Notes under the pieces: generated by a model
Told to the model about the DNA's origin: nothing
Database searches by the model: none
The model's input: the letters and a program-made list of their open reading frames with translations, nothing else
Part shown: positions 8,428-16,297 of the stretch, in pieces
Layout of the letters: every line of letters begins with the position of its first letter
Numbering within the stretch: position 1 is the stretch's first letter
Source: a virus
Taxonomy: Duplodnaviria; Heunggongvirae; Uroviricota; Caudoviricetes
Length of the DNA stretch: 64,000 nucleotides
Virus record (IMG/VR): IMGVR_UViG_3300047281_000124
Strand: one strand, 5' to 3'
Position numbers and translations under genes: made by a program

Positions 8428-8458
8428 TAAAGGGGCTTCGGCCCCTTTACTTTTATAT
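8428..8458 (+). terminator. rho-independent terminator
   Basis: AGGGGC-TTCG-GCCCCT followed by a T-rich tract. Confidence 0.6.
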
Positions 8459-8472
8459 CAAAGAATATTGAC

Positions 8473-8501
8473 TTGATGTTCGCAGTGTTCTTTGATATAA
8501 T
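8473..8501 (+). promoter_or_regulatory. promoter: TTGATG, 17-nt spacer, TATAAT
   Basis: Member of the promoter family. Confidence 0.55.
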
Positions 8502-8524
8502 TATTCTTTAAAGAGAGAAATCAC

Positions 8525-8728
8525 ATGAAAGTATGGGAAGCAATCCAAATGCTTGAAGCAATGGATCAAACTAAAGAAGTTACTATTACCTTTGGTAAGC
8601 CTGCAAAAACTGTAGAGCAAATGTATAACCGTGACTATGTAATTAACAAAGAACAATGGGTTAATCGTGATTGGCCCGTGAATACTATTACTGCTAAAAG
8701 TCAGGAACTACAAGGATATTTGCTTTGA
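8525..8728 (+). CDS. hypothetical protein
   Basis: ORF with an RBS AGAGAGAAAT. Confidence 0.4.
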   Translation: MKVWEAIQMLEAMDQTKEVTITFGKPAKTVEQMYNRDYVINKEQWVNRDWPVNTITAKSQELQGYLL

Positions 8729-8958
8729 AACCTATCGTAGACATTAAAGACTGCTATATTATTACCGACTCTTTAAACAGAGAACGTCTTAAAGGTATTG
8801 TGCTTAACTATCCAGAAGACCACAAGATTAATTACTTTAAAGATGGTGATACAGTAATCACTTCTCCAATCGTTAAGAAAAGCGATTGGACTATAGAAAC
8901 AACGCGCACGAACTATCGTGTAGTAAATTGGATACATGATGAAAACACGAAAACCTAG
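8725..8958 (+). CDS. hypothetical protein (TTG start overlapping the upstream stop)
   Basis: ORF present; no ATG near the start. Confidence 0.3.
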   Translation: MKPIVDIKDCYIITDSLNRERLKGIVLNYPEDHKINYFKDGDTVITSPIVKKSDWTIETTRTNYRVVNWIHDENTKT

Positions 8959-9063
8959 GAATCACGTTGCAATCGCTTTAAGTAAGCGTAGCGGCAGTGG
9001 TTCTCATACAAAAACAAACAAACAAAAGCGTGCAGCACTCAAGAGTGAGGGCTGGGACGGCTA

Positions 9064-9138
9064 AGGGTGTGTAATTCAACGGTTAGAATAGCGGACTTTT
9101 AATCCGTTTATCATGGTTCGATTCCATGTACACCCACC
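9064..9138 (+). tRNA. tRNA-Lys (anticodon TTT), CCA encoded
   Basis: Acceptor GGGTGTG/TACACCC; D arm ATTC/GAAT; anticodon loop CTTTTAA; T arm CATGG-TTCGATT-CCATG. Confidence 0.8.
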
Positions 9139-9592
9139 ATATTTTAGTACTTTGACGGGAGTCCTGCTGCCATCGTGCGGCGGTAGTTCCGGTAGCTTTG
9201 ACGAGCTGCGAAAAACCTAGCGTCAACTAGGTGGATATTAAAGTATTAAAATATGGTTGTAGCAGACAGGGGTTCGAAACCTTGAATCGACTAGGAATAA
9301 ATTAGTAACTACCGGACTGTTCCGACCGGCAACCAGCTAAAAATTAGTCCCGCCAAGCCTACATAGACGTATCCCTAGTTTGTGTGGCTCAAATTGGTCG
9401 AGGTAGGTGCAAGCCCTATCATTAAAAATGTACATACTGAATGGCGTGGTATGGCACGGATTTCTAGCCTGAGGATCGTCGTCCAAGAGTAGCAAGACAA
9501 TATGTACCCATCTTAGGGGGTGGGGTCATATTAAAGCATACTTGATATACTCATAGTATATAGAGACACTAGAAACGTGAGTATGTTTTAAT

Positions 9593-9745
9593 ATGGTATC
9601 AAAACTATGGAAAATATGGGCAAAGGCTCTAGGAGAGAAATCTGACTATGAGCCTAATAAGGTCGCCGTTGTAAGAACCTTAATTGTGGCTTGTTACGTT
9701 GTAACAAATCTAGTAATCATCGCCGGTGTTATAAGACATTGGTAA
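9593..9745 (+). CDS. small membrane protein (50 aa)
   Basis: ATG at 9593; one hydrophobic helix VAVVRTLIVACYVVTNLVIIAGVI; below the ORF-track cutoff. Confidence 0.3.
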   Translation: MVSKLWKIWAKALGEKSDYEPNKVAVVRTLIVACYVVTNLVIIAGVIRHW

Positions 9746-9761
9746 ACACACACAACACACT

Positions 9762-9992
9762 ATGAAATCACCATTTGAAATCCGCGCAGACCTGCTTAAA
9801 CAGGCTCAAGAGCTTCTTGAAGCTCAGTACAAAGCCAATGTACATTTTGCTACTGATGCCTTCTATAAACTTCTTAAAGACGGTACTGTAACTGCTGAAA
9901 CTTACAAAGACTTCGTGCCTAAGTTTCCCACAACTGAAGAAATTTTGACTAAAGCTAAAGAGTTTTACTCTTTCGTTAATACAAGCAAATGA
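9762..9992 (+). CDS. hypothetical protein
   Basis: 76-aa ORF. Confidence 0.4.
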   Translation: MKSPFEIRADLLKQAQELLEAQYKANVHFATDAFYKLLKDGTVTAETYKDFVPKFPTTEEILTKAKEFYSFVNTSK

Positions 9993-10155
9993 ATTATTTA
10001 AACATCCTGAAAGGGCTGTTTAAAGACAAGCCCTCACTAGAGGACTTCATTGCTGCACATGAACCAACCGACATTTATCAAGTAGAACATCTCGAAAGAG
10101 AGTATGCTAGATTTATGCAAAGCAAGAATTTCTGGGGTTCAATTCAATAAAATAC

Positions 10156-10230
10156 TGGGCTATAGTGTAATTGGCAACACAACACACTTTGACTGTGTCG
10201 TTCTAGGTTCGAGTCCTAGTAGCCCTGCCA
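10156..10230 (+). tRNA. tRNA-Gln (anticodon TTG), CCA encoded
   Basis: A U1/U72 position-1 mismatch with G73 (a weak 1:72 pair, as in Gln tRNAs); D arm GTGT/ACAC; anticodon arm ACACA-CTTTGAC-TGTGT. Confidence 0.75.
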
Positions 10231-10313
10231 TTTTTCTTAGTTTTTAAAACTTCGTGTATCAGACAGTTAGTACACAAATCTAACACCGGACCTGTAACCG
10301 GTACTAATAATAT

Positions 10314-10389
10314 TCCTCAGTAGCACAGCGGTAGTTGCACTTGACTGTTAATCAAGTTGTCCGTGGTTCGATCCCACGCTGAGGAGCCA
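10314..10389 (+). tRNA. tRNA-Asn (anticodon GTT), CCA encoded
   Basis: Acceptor TCCTCAG/CTGAGGA; anticodon arm CTTGA-CTGTTAA-TCAAG; T arm CGTGG-TTCGATC-CCACG. Confidence 0.8.
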
Positions 10390-10434
10390 AATTTCAGACT
10401 TGACCCTAAACCTCATTTACGTTATAATTATAGC

Positions 10435-10944
10435 ATGAACACAATACTTAAACAATTTCTTCAAGTTATCGACCTTAAAATCACTGGCGGTGAAGACTAT
10501 CATTGGGGCTGTTACGGTTCTAATGCTCGCTTTCTTGAGTCAGATTATTCAGTTGCTAATGGGTACTCTTGTACAGCTATCTTTGATTCCGAAAGTCAAA
10601 CAGTTTACGAACTGGAAGCACATGACTTTAATAATGAGCGCAGCTATCGCTGGATTAATCCAGACTATGAGTTCTTGATGATTGCAGAAGCTAATAAGCG
10701 AGGAATTAATAAAGATAATGCCTATGATGGCGTTGAATTTGTTGATGTGATCTTGGAAGACTTCTTCGAAAAAGCTTCTGCCATCGTTAATGGTGATGAG
10801 TATGATACTCGTGTAATTGTACCAGTTGACTTTGATGACGCTACGTTTATGTTTATTGCTAAAGCTGCTCACGCAAAAGATATTACTTTCAATAAGTTTG
10901 TTGAAGGTGTAATGCTTGAACAAATCGCTAGAATGAAAGTTTAG
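10435..10944 (+). CDS. hypothetical acidic protein
   Basis: The ATG at 10435 lies just 7 nt after a TATAAT, so the mRNA may be leaderless; the track's earlier start overlaps tRNA-Asn. Confidence 0.45.
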   Translation: MNTILKQFLQVIDLKITGGEDYHWGCYGSNARFLESDYSVANGYSCTAIFDSESQTVYELEAHDFNNERSYRWINPDYEFLMIAEANKRGINKDNAYDGVEFVDVILEDFFEKASAIVNGDEYDTRVIVPVDFDDATFMFIAKAAHAKDITFNKFVEGVMLEQIARMKV

Positions 10945-10945
10945 T

Positions 10946-11146
10946 ATGCCTTGTATGAAATGCGCTAATGGTAAGTGGAAGTACGGTGCAGGCGGTAGCT
11001 GTGTATTTGATACACTAGCTGCTTGTAAAGCAGCGGCTGCTGCAATCCATATTCCTAAAGAAATGACACCTTTACCAGGTGTAGAAGTAGAGCCAGGTTG
11101 TCATCGTGAAGACATGACGTCTGCTCTAGCAGCACAGTATAAATAA
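10946..11146 (+). CDS. small Cys-rich protein
   Basis: 66-aa ORF containing CMKCANGKW...C. Confidence 0.4.
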   Translation: MPCMKCANGKWKYGAGGSCVFDTLAACKAAAAAIHIPKEMTPLPGVEVEPGCHREDMTSALAAQYK

Positions 11147-11234
11147 GGAAGATTGGCCGATCGGTTAAGGCAACGGCTTGCTAAGCCGTCATTTAGAAAT
11201 AGGTGGGTAGGTTCGATTCCTACATCTTCCGCCA
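11147..11234 (+). tRNA. tRNA-Ser (anticodon GCT), type II, CCA encoded
   Basis: Acceptor GGAAGAT/ATCTTCC; anticodon arm ACGGC-TTGCTAA-GCCGT; long variable arm. Confidence 0.8.
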
Positions 11235-11239
11235 AATAA

Positions 11240-11314
11240 ACCCGAATAGTATAACGGTTATTACATCCGCTTGATAAGCGGTCAACCCTAGTTCGATTCT
11301 AGGTTCGGGTACCA
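11240..11314 (+). tRNA. tRNA-Ile (anticodon GAT), CCA encoded
   Basis: Acceptor ACCCGAA/TTCGGGT; anticodon loop TTGATAA; T arm CCTAG-TTCGATT-CTAGG. Confidence 0.75.
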
Positions 11315-11318
11315 ATAT

Positions 11319-11392
11319 TACTCACTAGTGTAATGGCAGCACTATGTTCTCCAAAAGCATCAGTCAAGGTTCGAGTCCTTGGTGAGTAGCCA
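11319..11392 (+). tRNA. tRNA-Trp (anticodon CCA), CCA encoded
   Basis: Acceptor TACTCAC/GTGAGTA; anticodon arm ATGTT-CTCCAAA-AGCAT; T arm CAAGG-TTCGAGT-CCTTG. Confidence 0.75.
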
Positions 11393-11402
11393 AACAAAAT
11401 AT

Positions 11403-11477
11403 CGCGGGTTATGTCAGTGGTAGACGACTAGGCTCATAACCTAGAGGCCGGAGGTTCGAATCCTTCACCCGCAACCA
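11403..11477 (+). tRNA. tRNA-Met (anticodon CAT), probable initiator (C1/A72 mismatch)
   Basis: Acceptor CGCGGGT/ACCCGCA with position 1:72 unpaired; anticodon loop CTCATAA. Confidence 0.75.
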
Positions 11478-11481
11478 ACAA

Positions 11482-11572
11482 GGAAGTGCAACCCAATTGG
11501 CGATGGGATCAGTCTTGAAAACTGCCGAGTGCTAATACCGCCTTGAGAGTTCGACTCTCTCCGCTTCCGCCA
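11482..11572 (+). tRNA. tRNA-Ser (anticodon TGA), type II, CCA encoded
   Basis: Acceptor GGAAGTG/CGCTTCC; anticodon loop CTTGAAA; long variable arm; T arm GAGAG-TTCGACT-CTCTC. Confidence 0.75.
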
Positions 11573-11672
11573 AGTTTTATATCAGGTTAGCCAAGTGTCT
11601 AGGCAGTTGACTGCAAATCTTCTTAGATTGGTTAAAATCCAATACCTGATTCCACCCACCTTAAAGGTAACA

Positions 11673-12299
11673 ATGTCAGAAACCAAGAACAACCTAGAAT
11701 TAGACTTTGGTACACGTGCTAAGGGAATGCTCCCTAGTAAGTCTACAGCTAGTATTCACGAATTTTACCTTTCTGGTACTATTGAAGAACCGGATACATA
11801 TATTGATTGGTTTGACACTATTCGTCATGCTCGCCCATCTGATAGTATTAAGATTTATATCAATAGTTGTGGTGGTGATCTTTATACAGCTATTCAGTTT
11901 ATGCGGGTATTGTACGATACTGAAGCAACTATCACTTGTTCAGTAGAAGGCGCTTGTATGAGTGCAGCTACTATGATCTTTATGTGTGCTGATGAGTACG
12001 AAGTTACACCTCACTCAACCTTTATGTTCCACAACTATAGTGGTGGTACATTCGGTAAGGGCGGTGAGATGATTGACCAACTTCAGCATGAGCGTAAGTG
12101 GTCTGCTAAACTTATGACCGATATTTATAAAGACTTCCTTACTGAAGCTGAGATCACTTCTATCCTAGATAGTCGTGATATTTGGATGGATGGTGAAGAA
12201 GTTGTATTGCGTATGACTATTCGTTCAGAAGCAATGGAAGAAGAAATGCTTGCTGAAATGGAAGCTATGCGTAAAGCTGAAAAGAAAAAGAAAGATTAA
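11673..12299 (+). CDS. ClpP-like serine protease
   Basis: INSCGGDLYTAIQF...MSAATMIFM resembles the ClpP INSPGG...S...M active-site region. The ATG at 11673 has an RBS AAAGG; the track's earlier start runs into the tRNA. Confidence 0.55.
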   Translation: MSETKNNLELDFGTRAKGMLPSKSTASIHEFYLSGTIEEPDTYIDWFDTIRHARPSDSIKIYINSCGGDLYTAIQFMRVLYDTEATITCSVEGACMSAATMIFMCADEYEVTPHSTFMFHNYSGGTFGKGGEMIDQLQHERKWSAKLMTDIYKDFLTEAEITSILDSRDIWMDGEEVVLRMTIRSEAMEEEMLAEMEAMRKAEKKKKD

Positions 12300-12300
12300 T

Positions 12301-12483
12301 ATGAAAGCATTTTTCGTAATTGTATTGCTCGTGCTAATTATAGTAATCGGTCCATTGTTAGCTGTTTGGGCACTTAATACTTTGTTTCCTGTATTAGCTA
12401 TTCCTTATAATATATACACTTGGGCCGCAGTAGGCATATTGGCCAGCTATGGTCGTGCTAAGTATCCTGTAAAGGTAAATTAA
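12301..12483 (+). CDS. small hydrophobic membrane protein
   Basis: ATG at 12301; two predicted transmembrane helices. Confidence 0.45.
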   Translation: MKAFFVIVLLVLIIVIGPLLAVWALNTLFPVLAIPYNIYTWAAVGILASYGRAKYPVKVN

Positions 12484-12549
12484 CTCAGTTGGTAGAGTAG
12501 CTGCTTCATACGCAGTCTGTCGCAGGTTCGAATCCTGCATTTACCACCA
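12474..12549 (+). tRNA. tRNA-Met or tRNA-Ile2 (anticodon CAT), CCA encoded
   Basis: Acceptor GGTAAAT/ATTTACC; D arm ACTC/GAGT; anticodon loop TTCATAC; T arm GCAGG-TTCGAAT-CCTGC. Confidence 0.75.
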
Positions 12550-12551
12550 GT

Positions 12552-12626
12552 CTCTCCTTAGTACAATGGAAAGTACATAGCGCTACGAACGCTAGGATGT
12601 GTGTTCGATTCATGCAGGAGAGGCCA
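12552..12626 (+). tRNA. tRNA-Arg (anticodon ACG), CCA encoded
   Basis: Acceptor CTCTCCT/AGGAGAG; D arm GTAC/GTAC; anticodon arm TAGCG-CTACGAA-CGCTA. Confidence 0.75.
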
Positions 12627-12700
12627 TAAGTAAACACACGGGTGTGGCACATCCATTAAATCACGCTGGTTTGAGTCCGGCAGCCTTAGTGTGTTTTCTT

Positions 12701-12979
12701 ATGGCAAAATCATTTTCAAACATTAAAAAATCGCTTGGACTATTAGATATAATCCAATTTGGCAAATACAAAGGCTGTAGAGTTGATTCTATTATAGAAC
12801 AGGACGACGAGTATCTTCGCTATATGCAAACACACGGTATCAAGTTTGATGCAGATGTAATGAGTGCTTTGACTAATAAGTTCTTAGCTACTTCCAATAT
12901 AGTAAATGCAGAAGATGACGCATCCTACTTTAGTGGTAACACCTACGATATTATTATATTTGATGAAATCCCATTCTAA
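12701..12979 (+). CDS. DUF3820-like protein with an SSB-tail-like C-terminus
   Basis: An FGKYKG...DDEYLRYM motif, and a C-terminal IIIFDEIPF that resembles the E. coli SSB tip DDDIPF. Confidence 0.45.
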   Translation: MAKSFSNIKKSLGLLDIIQFGKYKGCRVDSIIEQDDEYLRYMQTHGIKFDADVMSALTNKFLATSNIVNAEDDASYFSGNTYDIIIFDEIPF

Positions 12980-12980
12980 T

Positions 12981-13056
12981 GGTAAGAATAGTGTACCGGA
13001 GCGCACGCCTGACTGTGAATCAGGTAGACAGGGTTCGACTCCCGTTCATTACCCCA
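12981..13056 (+). tRNA. tRNA-His (anticodon GTG) with G-1 and C73; weak acceptor and T stems
   Basis: Anticodon arm CCTGA-CTGTGAA-TCAGG is perfect; an extra 5' G pairs with C73. The acceptor has 2 mismatches and the T stem only 3 bp. Confidence 0.55.
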
Positions 13057-13068
13057 AGAATTATTCAT

Positions 13069-13097
13069 TTGCGGCCGAGCTGATTCTTTGATATAAT
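13069..13097 (+). promoter_or_regulatory. promoter: ATTCATTTGCGG, 17-nt spacer, TATAAT
   Basis: Member of the promoter family. Confidence 0.55.
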
Positions 13098-13103
13098 TAT
13101 CAC

Positions 13104-13328
13104 ATGAAAAAGAAATTCAATATTCAATCAGTTTCACCAGAAATGGGCACTTCAAGAACTACAACACGGCCACCTAGCCTTGTTACTCCTGGAGGCTCTA
13201 CTGCGATGAAAGAAATTCCAAAGTATACCGGTACAGAAATGATCGGTATTTCAATTATTCACAAGAGCTGCTTGCAGCCAGTATTTAGCAAAGAAGCTGC
13301 AATTGATGTAGCTTCAATGCGTCGTTAA
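13104..13328 (+). CDS. hypothetical protein
   Basis: 74-aa ORF immediately downstream of a promoter. Confidence 0.4.
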   Translation: MKKKFNIQSVSPEMGTSRTTTRPPSLVTPGGSTAMKEIPKYTGTEMIGISIIHKSCLQPVFSKEAAIDVASMRR

Positions 13329-13398
13329 GGAACAAAAAATTGTACTTGTAATTTCGAGTCTGTTGAGGTATAATTAAAACATACCAAAAAGGGTGACT

Positions 13399-14010
13399 AT
13401 GGAATTATTAATAATCAATGCTCTAGGGCTGGATCCTACTATGCCTTTAAAGAAAGCTATTCGAGGATTACCGGGATATAATATTAAGGAACTTATATAT
13501 TCTTTAGTGTCTACTGCTTCTATAACAGAAGCAGCTACTTTATTAGGTTATACAGATAATCCTATAAAACAGTCTATAAAACAAATATTACAACCTTTAT
13601 TCCCTAATAGAGGTACCTTTAGCACTAAAGGTAATAGCAGCCACACCTCTTGGAGGTTAACCTTACTAGCAGTTATTAAACATAAATATTGTAGTAGTTG
13701 CTCTATTGTAAAACCTTTCTCAGGGTTCCACATAAATAAAAATATTTCTGATGGTATAGAAAGCGAGTGTGCTAGTTGCAAGAATTTTCGTAATACATTG
13801 GATAGGGAGTATATTGCTAAGCGTACTCCGGCATGGTCTGAGCTACTAGAAATATCTATATTTTATAATAAATGTCCTGATAATTATCATGTAGATCATA
13901 TAATTCCTTTAAGAGGTACATCTGTATCAGGATTACACGTACTAAGTAATCTACAGTATTTATCTGCTAAGGATAATATGTCTAAAGGTAATAGATATAT
14001 TCAAGAATAA
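13399..14010 (+). CDS. HNH homing/nicking endonuclease (paralog 2 of 3)
   Basis: YHVDHIIPLRGTSVSGLHVLSNLQYLSAKDNMSKGN. Confidence 0.75.
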   Translation: MELLIINALGLDPTMPLKKAIRGLPGYNIKELIYSLVSTASITEAATLLGYTDNPIKQSIKQILQPLFPNRGTFSTKGNSSHTSWRLTLLAVIKHKYCSSCSIVKPFSGFHINKNISDGIESECASCKNFRNTLDREYIAKRTPAWSELLEISIFYNKCPDNYHVDHIIPLRGTSVSGLHVLSNLQYLSAKDNMSKGNRYIQE

Positions 14011-14012
14011 TT

Positions 14013-14086
14013 GCATCTTTAGTTTAATGGTAAAACTCCTTCCTTCCAAGTAGGTGTCGTCAGTTCGATTCTGACAAGATGCTCCA
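14013..14086 (+). tRNA. tRNA-Gly (anticodon TCC), CCA encoded
   Basis: Acceptor GCATCTT/AAGATGC; D arm GTTT/AAAC; anticodon loop CTTCCAA; T arm GTCAG-TTCGATT-CTGAC. Confidence 0.75.
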
Positions 14087-14091
14087 AATTT

Positions 14092-14166
14092 GCCTCGATA
14101 GTTTAACGGTTAGAACAATGCCTTTACACGGCGTAGATGGGAGTTCGATTCTCCACCGAGGTACCA
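14092..14166 (+). tRNA. tRNA-Val (anticodon TAC), CCA encoded
   Basis: Acceptor GCCTCGA/CCGAGGT (one mismatch); anticodon arm ATGCC-TTTACAC-GGCGT. Confidence 0.7.
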
Positions 14167-14319
14167 AGTTTTGTAGTTTAGTCGGTGAGGCTATGGTAAA
14201 GGCGTTGCGGGACTTAAATGACGTTAAACATCGAAGCGCAACTTAATGATAATGTGTGCAGCCTACTACAAATTATTTACTTGAAATCTTACTTAAATCA
14301 TTGTATAATTAACGCTTAA

Positions 14320-14478
14320 ATGATAAAAATCATATTAATCTTATTGACCCTAAGCTGTATTATCTATGCAGGTTACGTGATCATTAAACAGTTTAAACCC
14401 TATAAATTAATCCTTACAGGCTTAGCCTTTGTAAGTATCGCAGCTATCCTTTTAACAACAATTACCTTACTATTCTAA
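14320..14478 (+). CDS. small membrane protein (52 aa)
   Basis: ATG at 14320 after the promoter TTGAAA, 17-nt spacer, TATAAT; two hydrophobic segments. Confidence 0.35.
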   Translation: MIKIILILLTLSCIIYAGYVIIKQFKPYKLILTGLAFVSIAAILLTTITLLF

Positions 14479-15278
14479 TGAACAAATTCTTCAAAATCTC
14501 TGCTATTCTCGCTGCCGTAGTTCTCGCAACCGGCTGTACTCGTATCGAAACCGGCGAAGTCGGTGTGCGATTGAACGCATCTAAGCAGATCGAAGGTACT
14601 GAACTGCAACCAGGCGGTTTCTACCAAACCTTGGTAGGTTCTGTATTGACATTTCCAGTTAAGGACTTGTCAATCAATATCGAGAATAAGTCTCCTATGG
14701 CTAGTGATAACTCGGCCTTGGCAGACTTCGACATGACTGTGGTTTATGCAATTAATCCAACTTCTGTATCTGAGCTGTACTCTAGCAAGTCGCGCGCTTT
14801 TCATTCCGAGTCTAAGGGCGATATTTTCCTCATGTACAACTATATGACAACTCTAGCCAATAACGCGGCTTATAAAGTTGTGCGTCAGTACAAGTCCTTG
14901 GAAGTTGCTGATAATCGTGCTAAGATTGAATCAGAGATTCGTGACGCAGTTCACGAGCAGTTGAAAGCTGAGAAGTTGGACACAGCTCTTAGCCTGACAG
15001 TTGTGCAAGTTCGTAGTATCTTGCCTAATGCTGAAATCTTGAAGTCTGCTACTGAGTACGTTAAAGCTCAAAATGAGTTGAAGATCAAAGAGACTGAAGT
15101 TGCTATCGCTAAGAAAGAGTCTGAGCGTATGGCTGCATTGAGTGCGAACTCCGCCACTTCTATTGCATATATGAGTGCTCAGGCTAATATGTTGATCGCT
15201 AAAGGTATTAGCGAAGGTAAAGTACATACTATTGTTGTTCCTATGGACTTCAAAGGTATGGTTAACGTAGGTAAGTAA
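14478..15278 (+). CDS. SPFH/band-7-like lipoprotein
   Basis: Lipobox LATGC; SPFH-like core with a coiled-coil region (QYKSLEVADNRAKIESEIRDAV). Confidence 0.5.
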   Translation: MNKFFKISAILAAVVLATGCTRIETGEVGVRLNASKQIEGTELQPGGFYQTLVGSVLTFPVKDLSINIENKSPMASDNSALADFDMTVVYAINPTSVSELYSSKSRAFHSESKGDIFLMYNYMTTLANNAAYKVVRQYKSLEVADNRAKIESEIRDAVHEQLKAEKLDTALSLTVVQVRSILPNAEILKSATEYVKAQNELKIKETEVAIAKKESERMAALSANSATSIAYMSAQANMLIAKGISEGKVHTIVVPMDFKGMVNVGK

Positions 15279-15322
15279 TTTGTTTAGTACGCTGTGTAAA
15301 TTACAGCGTACTAAATATTCAT

Positions 15323-15351
15323 TTGATTTGGCTCTTAAAGTTTGTTATAAT
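15323..15351 (+). promoter_or_regulatory. promoter: ATTCATTTGATT, 17-nt spacer, TATAAT
   Basis: Member of the promoter family. Confidence 0.6.
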
Positions 15352-15376
15352 TATTTATAGATTAAGAGAGAACCAA

Positions 15377-15670
15377 ATGCGTAAAATTGTTATTTGTATG
15401 GATGCTGGTATAGCGGGCAGTGATGCTTATGAGTTTTGGGAATTTCCTGATAGTGTAACTACTAAAGAATTAGACACTTTTGCTTGGGAAGCCGGAGTAG
15501 AGCACGCTGATATGTATGGTATTTACCCTGAGTATCAATACACAGAAGAAGACATAGAAGACGACCCAGAAAGTTATTCTGGTAATATTGAAGGTTACTG
15601 GGAATACTATGATTCTGAAAAACACGACGGCCACTCAATGACAGGCATTCCAGAGTGGAAACAAGCATAA
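15377..15670 (+). CDS. highly acidic, aromatic-rich small protein (candidate DNA mimic)
   Basis: 97 aa with a strong D/E/Y/W bias. Confidence 0.45.
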   Translation: MRKIVICMDAGIAGSDAYEFWEFPDSVTTKELDTFAWEAGVEHADMYGIYPEYQYTEEDIEDDPESYSGNIEGYWEYYDSEKHDGHSMTGIPEWKQA

Positions 15671-15746
15671 GCCAGGATAGCTCAGTCGGTAGAGCAGCGG
15701 ATTGAAAATCCGTGTGTGGGCGGTTCGATCCCGTCTCCTGGTACCA
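15671..15746 (+). tRNA. tRNA-Phe (anticodon GAA), CCA encoded
   Basis: GCCAGGATAGCTCAGTCGGTAGAGC...; anticodon loop TTGAAAA. Confidence 0.85.
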
Positions 15747-15751
15747 AATAT

Positions 15752-15861
15752 GCGCGATGTAGGCGAGAGGGGAAGCGGAAACGGCCCTAAACTGTATCGG
15801 GTGAAGGCGTCCACCTAGCAGTATCCTTTATCGTTGGTTCGATTCCAACCATCGCGCTCCA
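15752..15861 (+). ncRNA. atypical 110-nt tRNA-like element
   Basis: Perfect 7-bp acceptor GCGCGAT/ATCGCGC plus T plus CCA; canonical T arm GTTGG-TTCGATT-CCAAC. The roughly 85-nt interior does not fold as a standard D/anticodon region. Confidence 0.35.
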
Positions 15862-16216
15862 AAATTTAAAATATAATAAGACACGGGTTCGAGTCCCTTA
15901 ATGCTCGTATAAAGTCGTGCATTTAGCTTAGATGGACAAAGCAATATATTTTAAATACATATCGAAATTCCTGGACGAATATGTATTGTTAGAGCAACAT
16001 CTCTATCGTCAAAGTAGTTCCTAGTTGCAACTAGGGCTATTGGTTAAGTATATAATAGACTGCTAAACTTTATTCCACTATCCTCTAGTTAGGTTTGTGT
16101 GTAACTAACACATCCCATTCTCTAGTTATAGGCGCGAATGTCTTTTACACTCGATAAAGAGGGTACAAACCTAGCTAGTTACTAGGTTCAGGGCCACTTT
16201 TATATATTTAACCAAT

Positions 16217-16291
16217 GGCTTCAAAGTGTTCACGGACGCACACGGCACTGTCACTGCCGAAGAAGGGGATCGTTACCCCTTGAAGCCGCCA
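16217..16291 (+). tRNA. tRNA-Asp (anticodon GTC), CCA encoded
   Basis: Perfect acceptor GGCTTCA/TGAAGCC; anticodon arm CGGCA-CTGTCAC-TGCCG; T stem AGGGG/CCCCT with an unusual ATCGTTA loop. Confidence 0.65.
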
Positions 16292-16297
16292 AATTAT

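Noticed and set aside
10357-13091. ORF-track starts at 10357, 11595, 12599 and 12906 that run through tRNA genes
   Set aside because: The upstream portions overlap tRNA-Asn, tRNA-Ser, tRNA-Arg and tRNA-His. Internal ATG starts with promoters or RBSs were used instead. 12906-13091 was dropped entirely.
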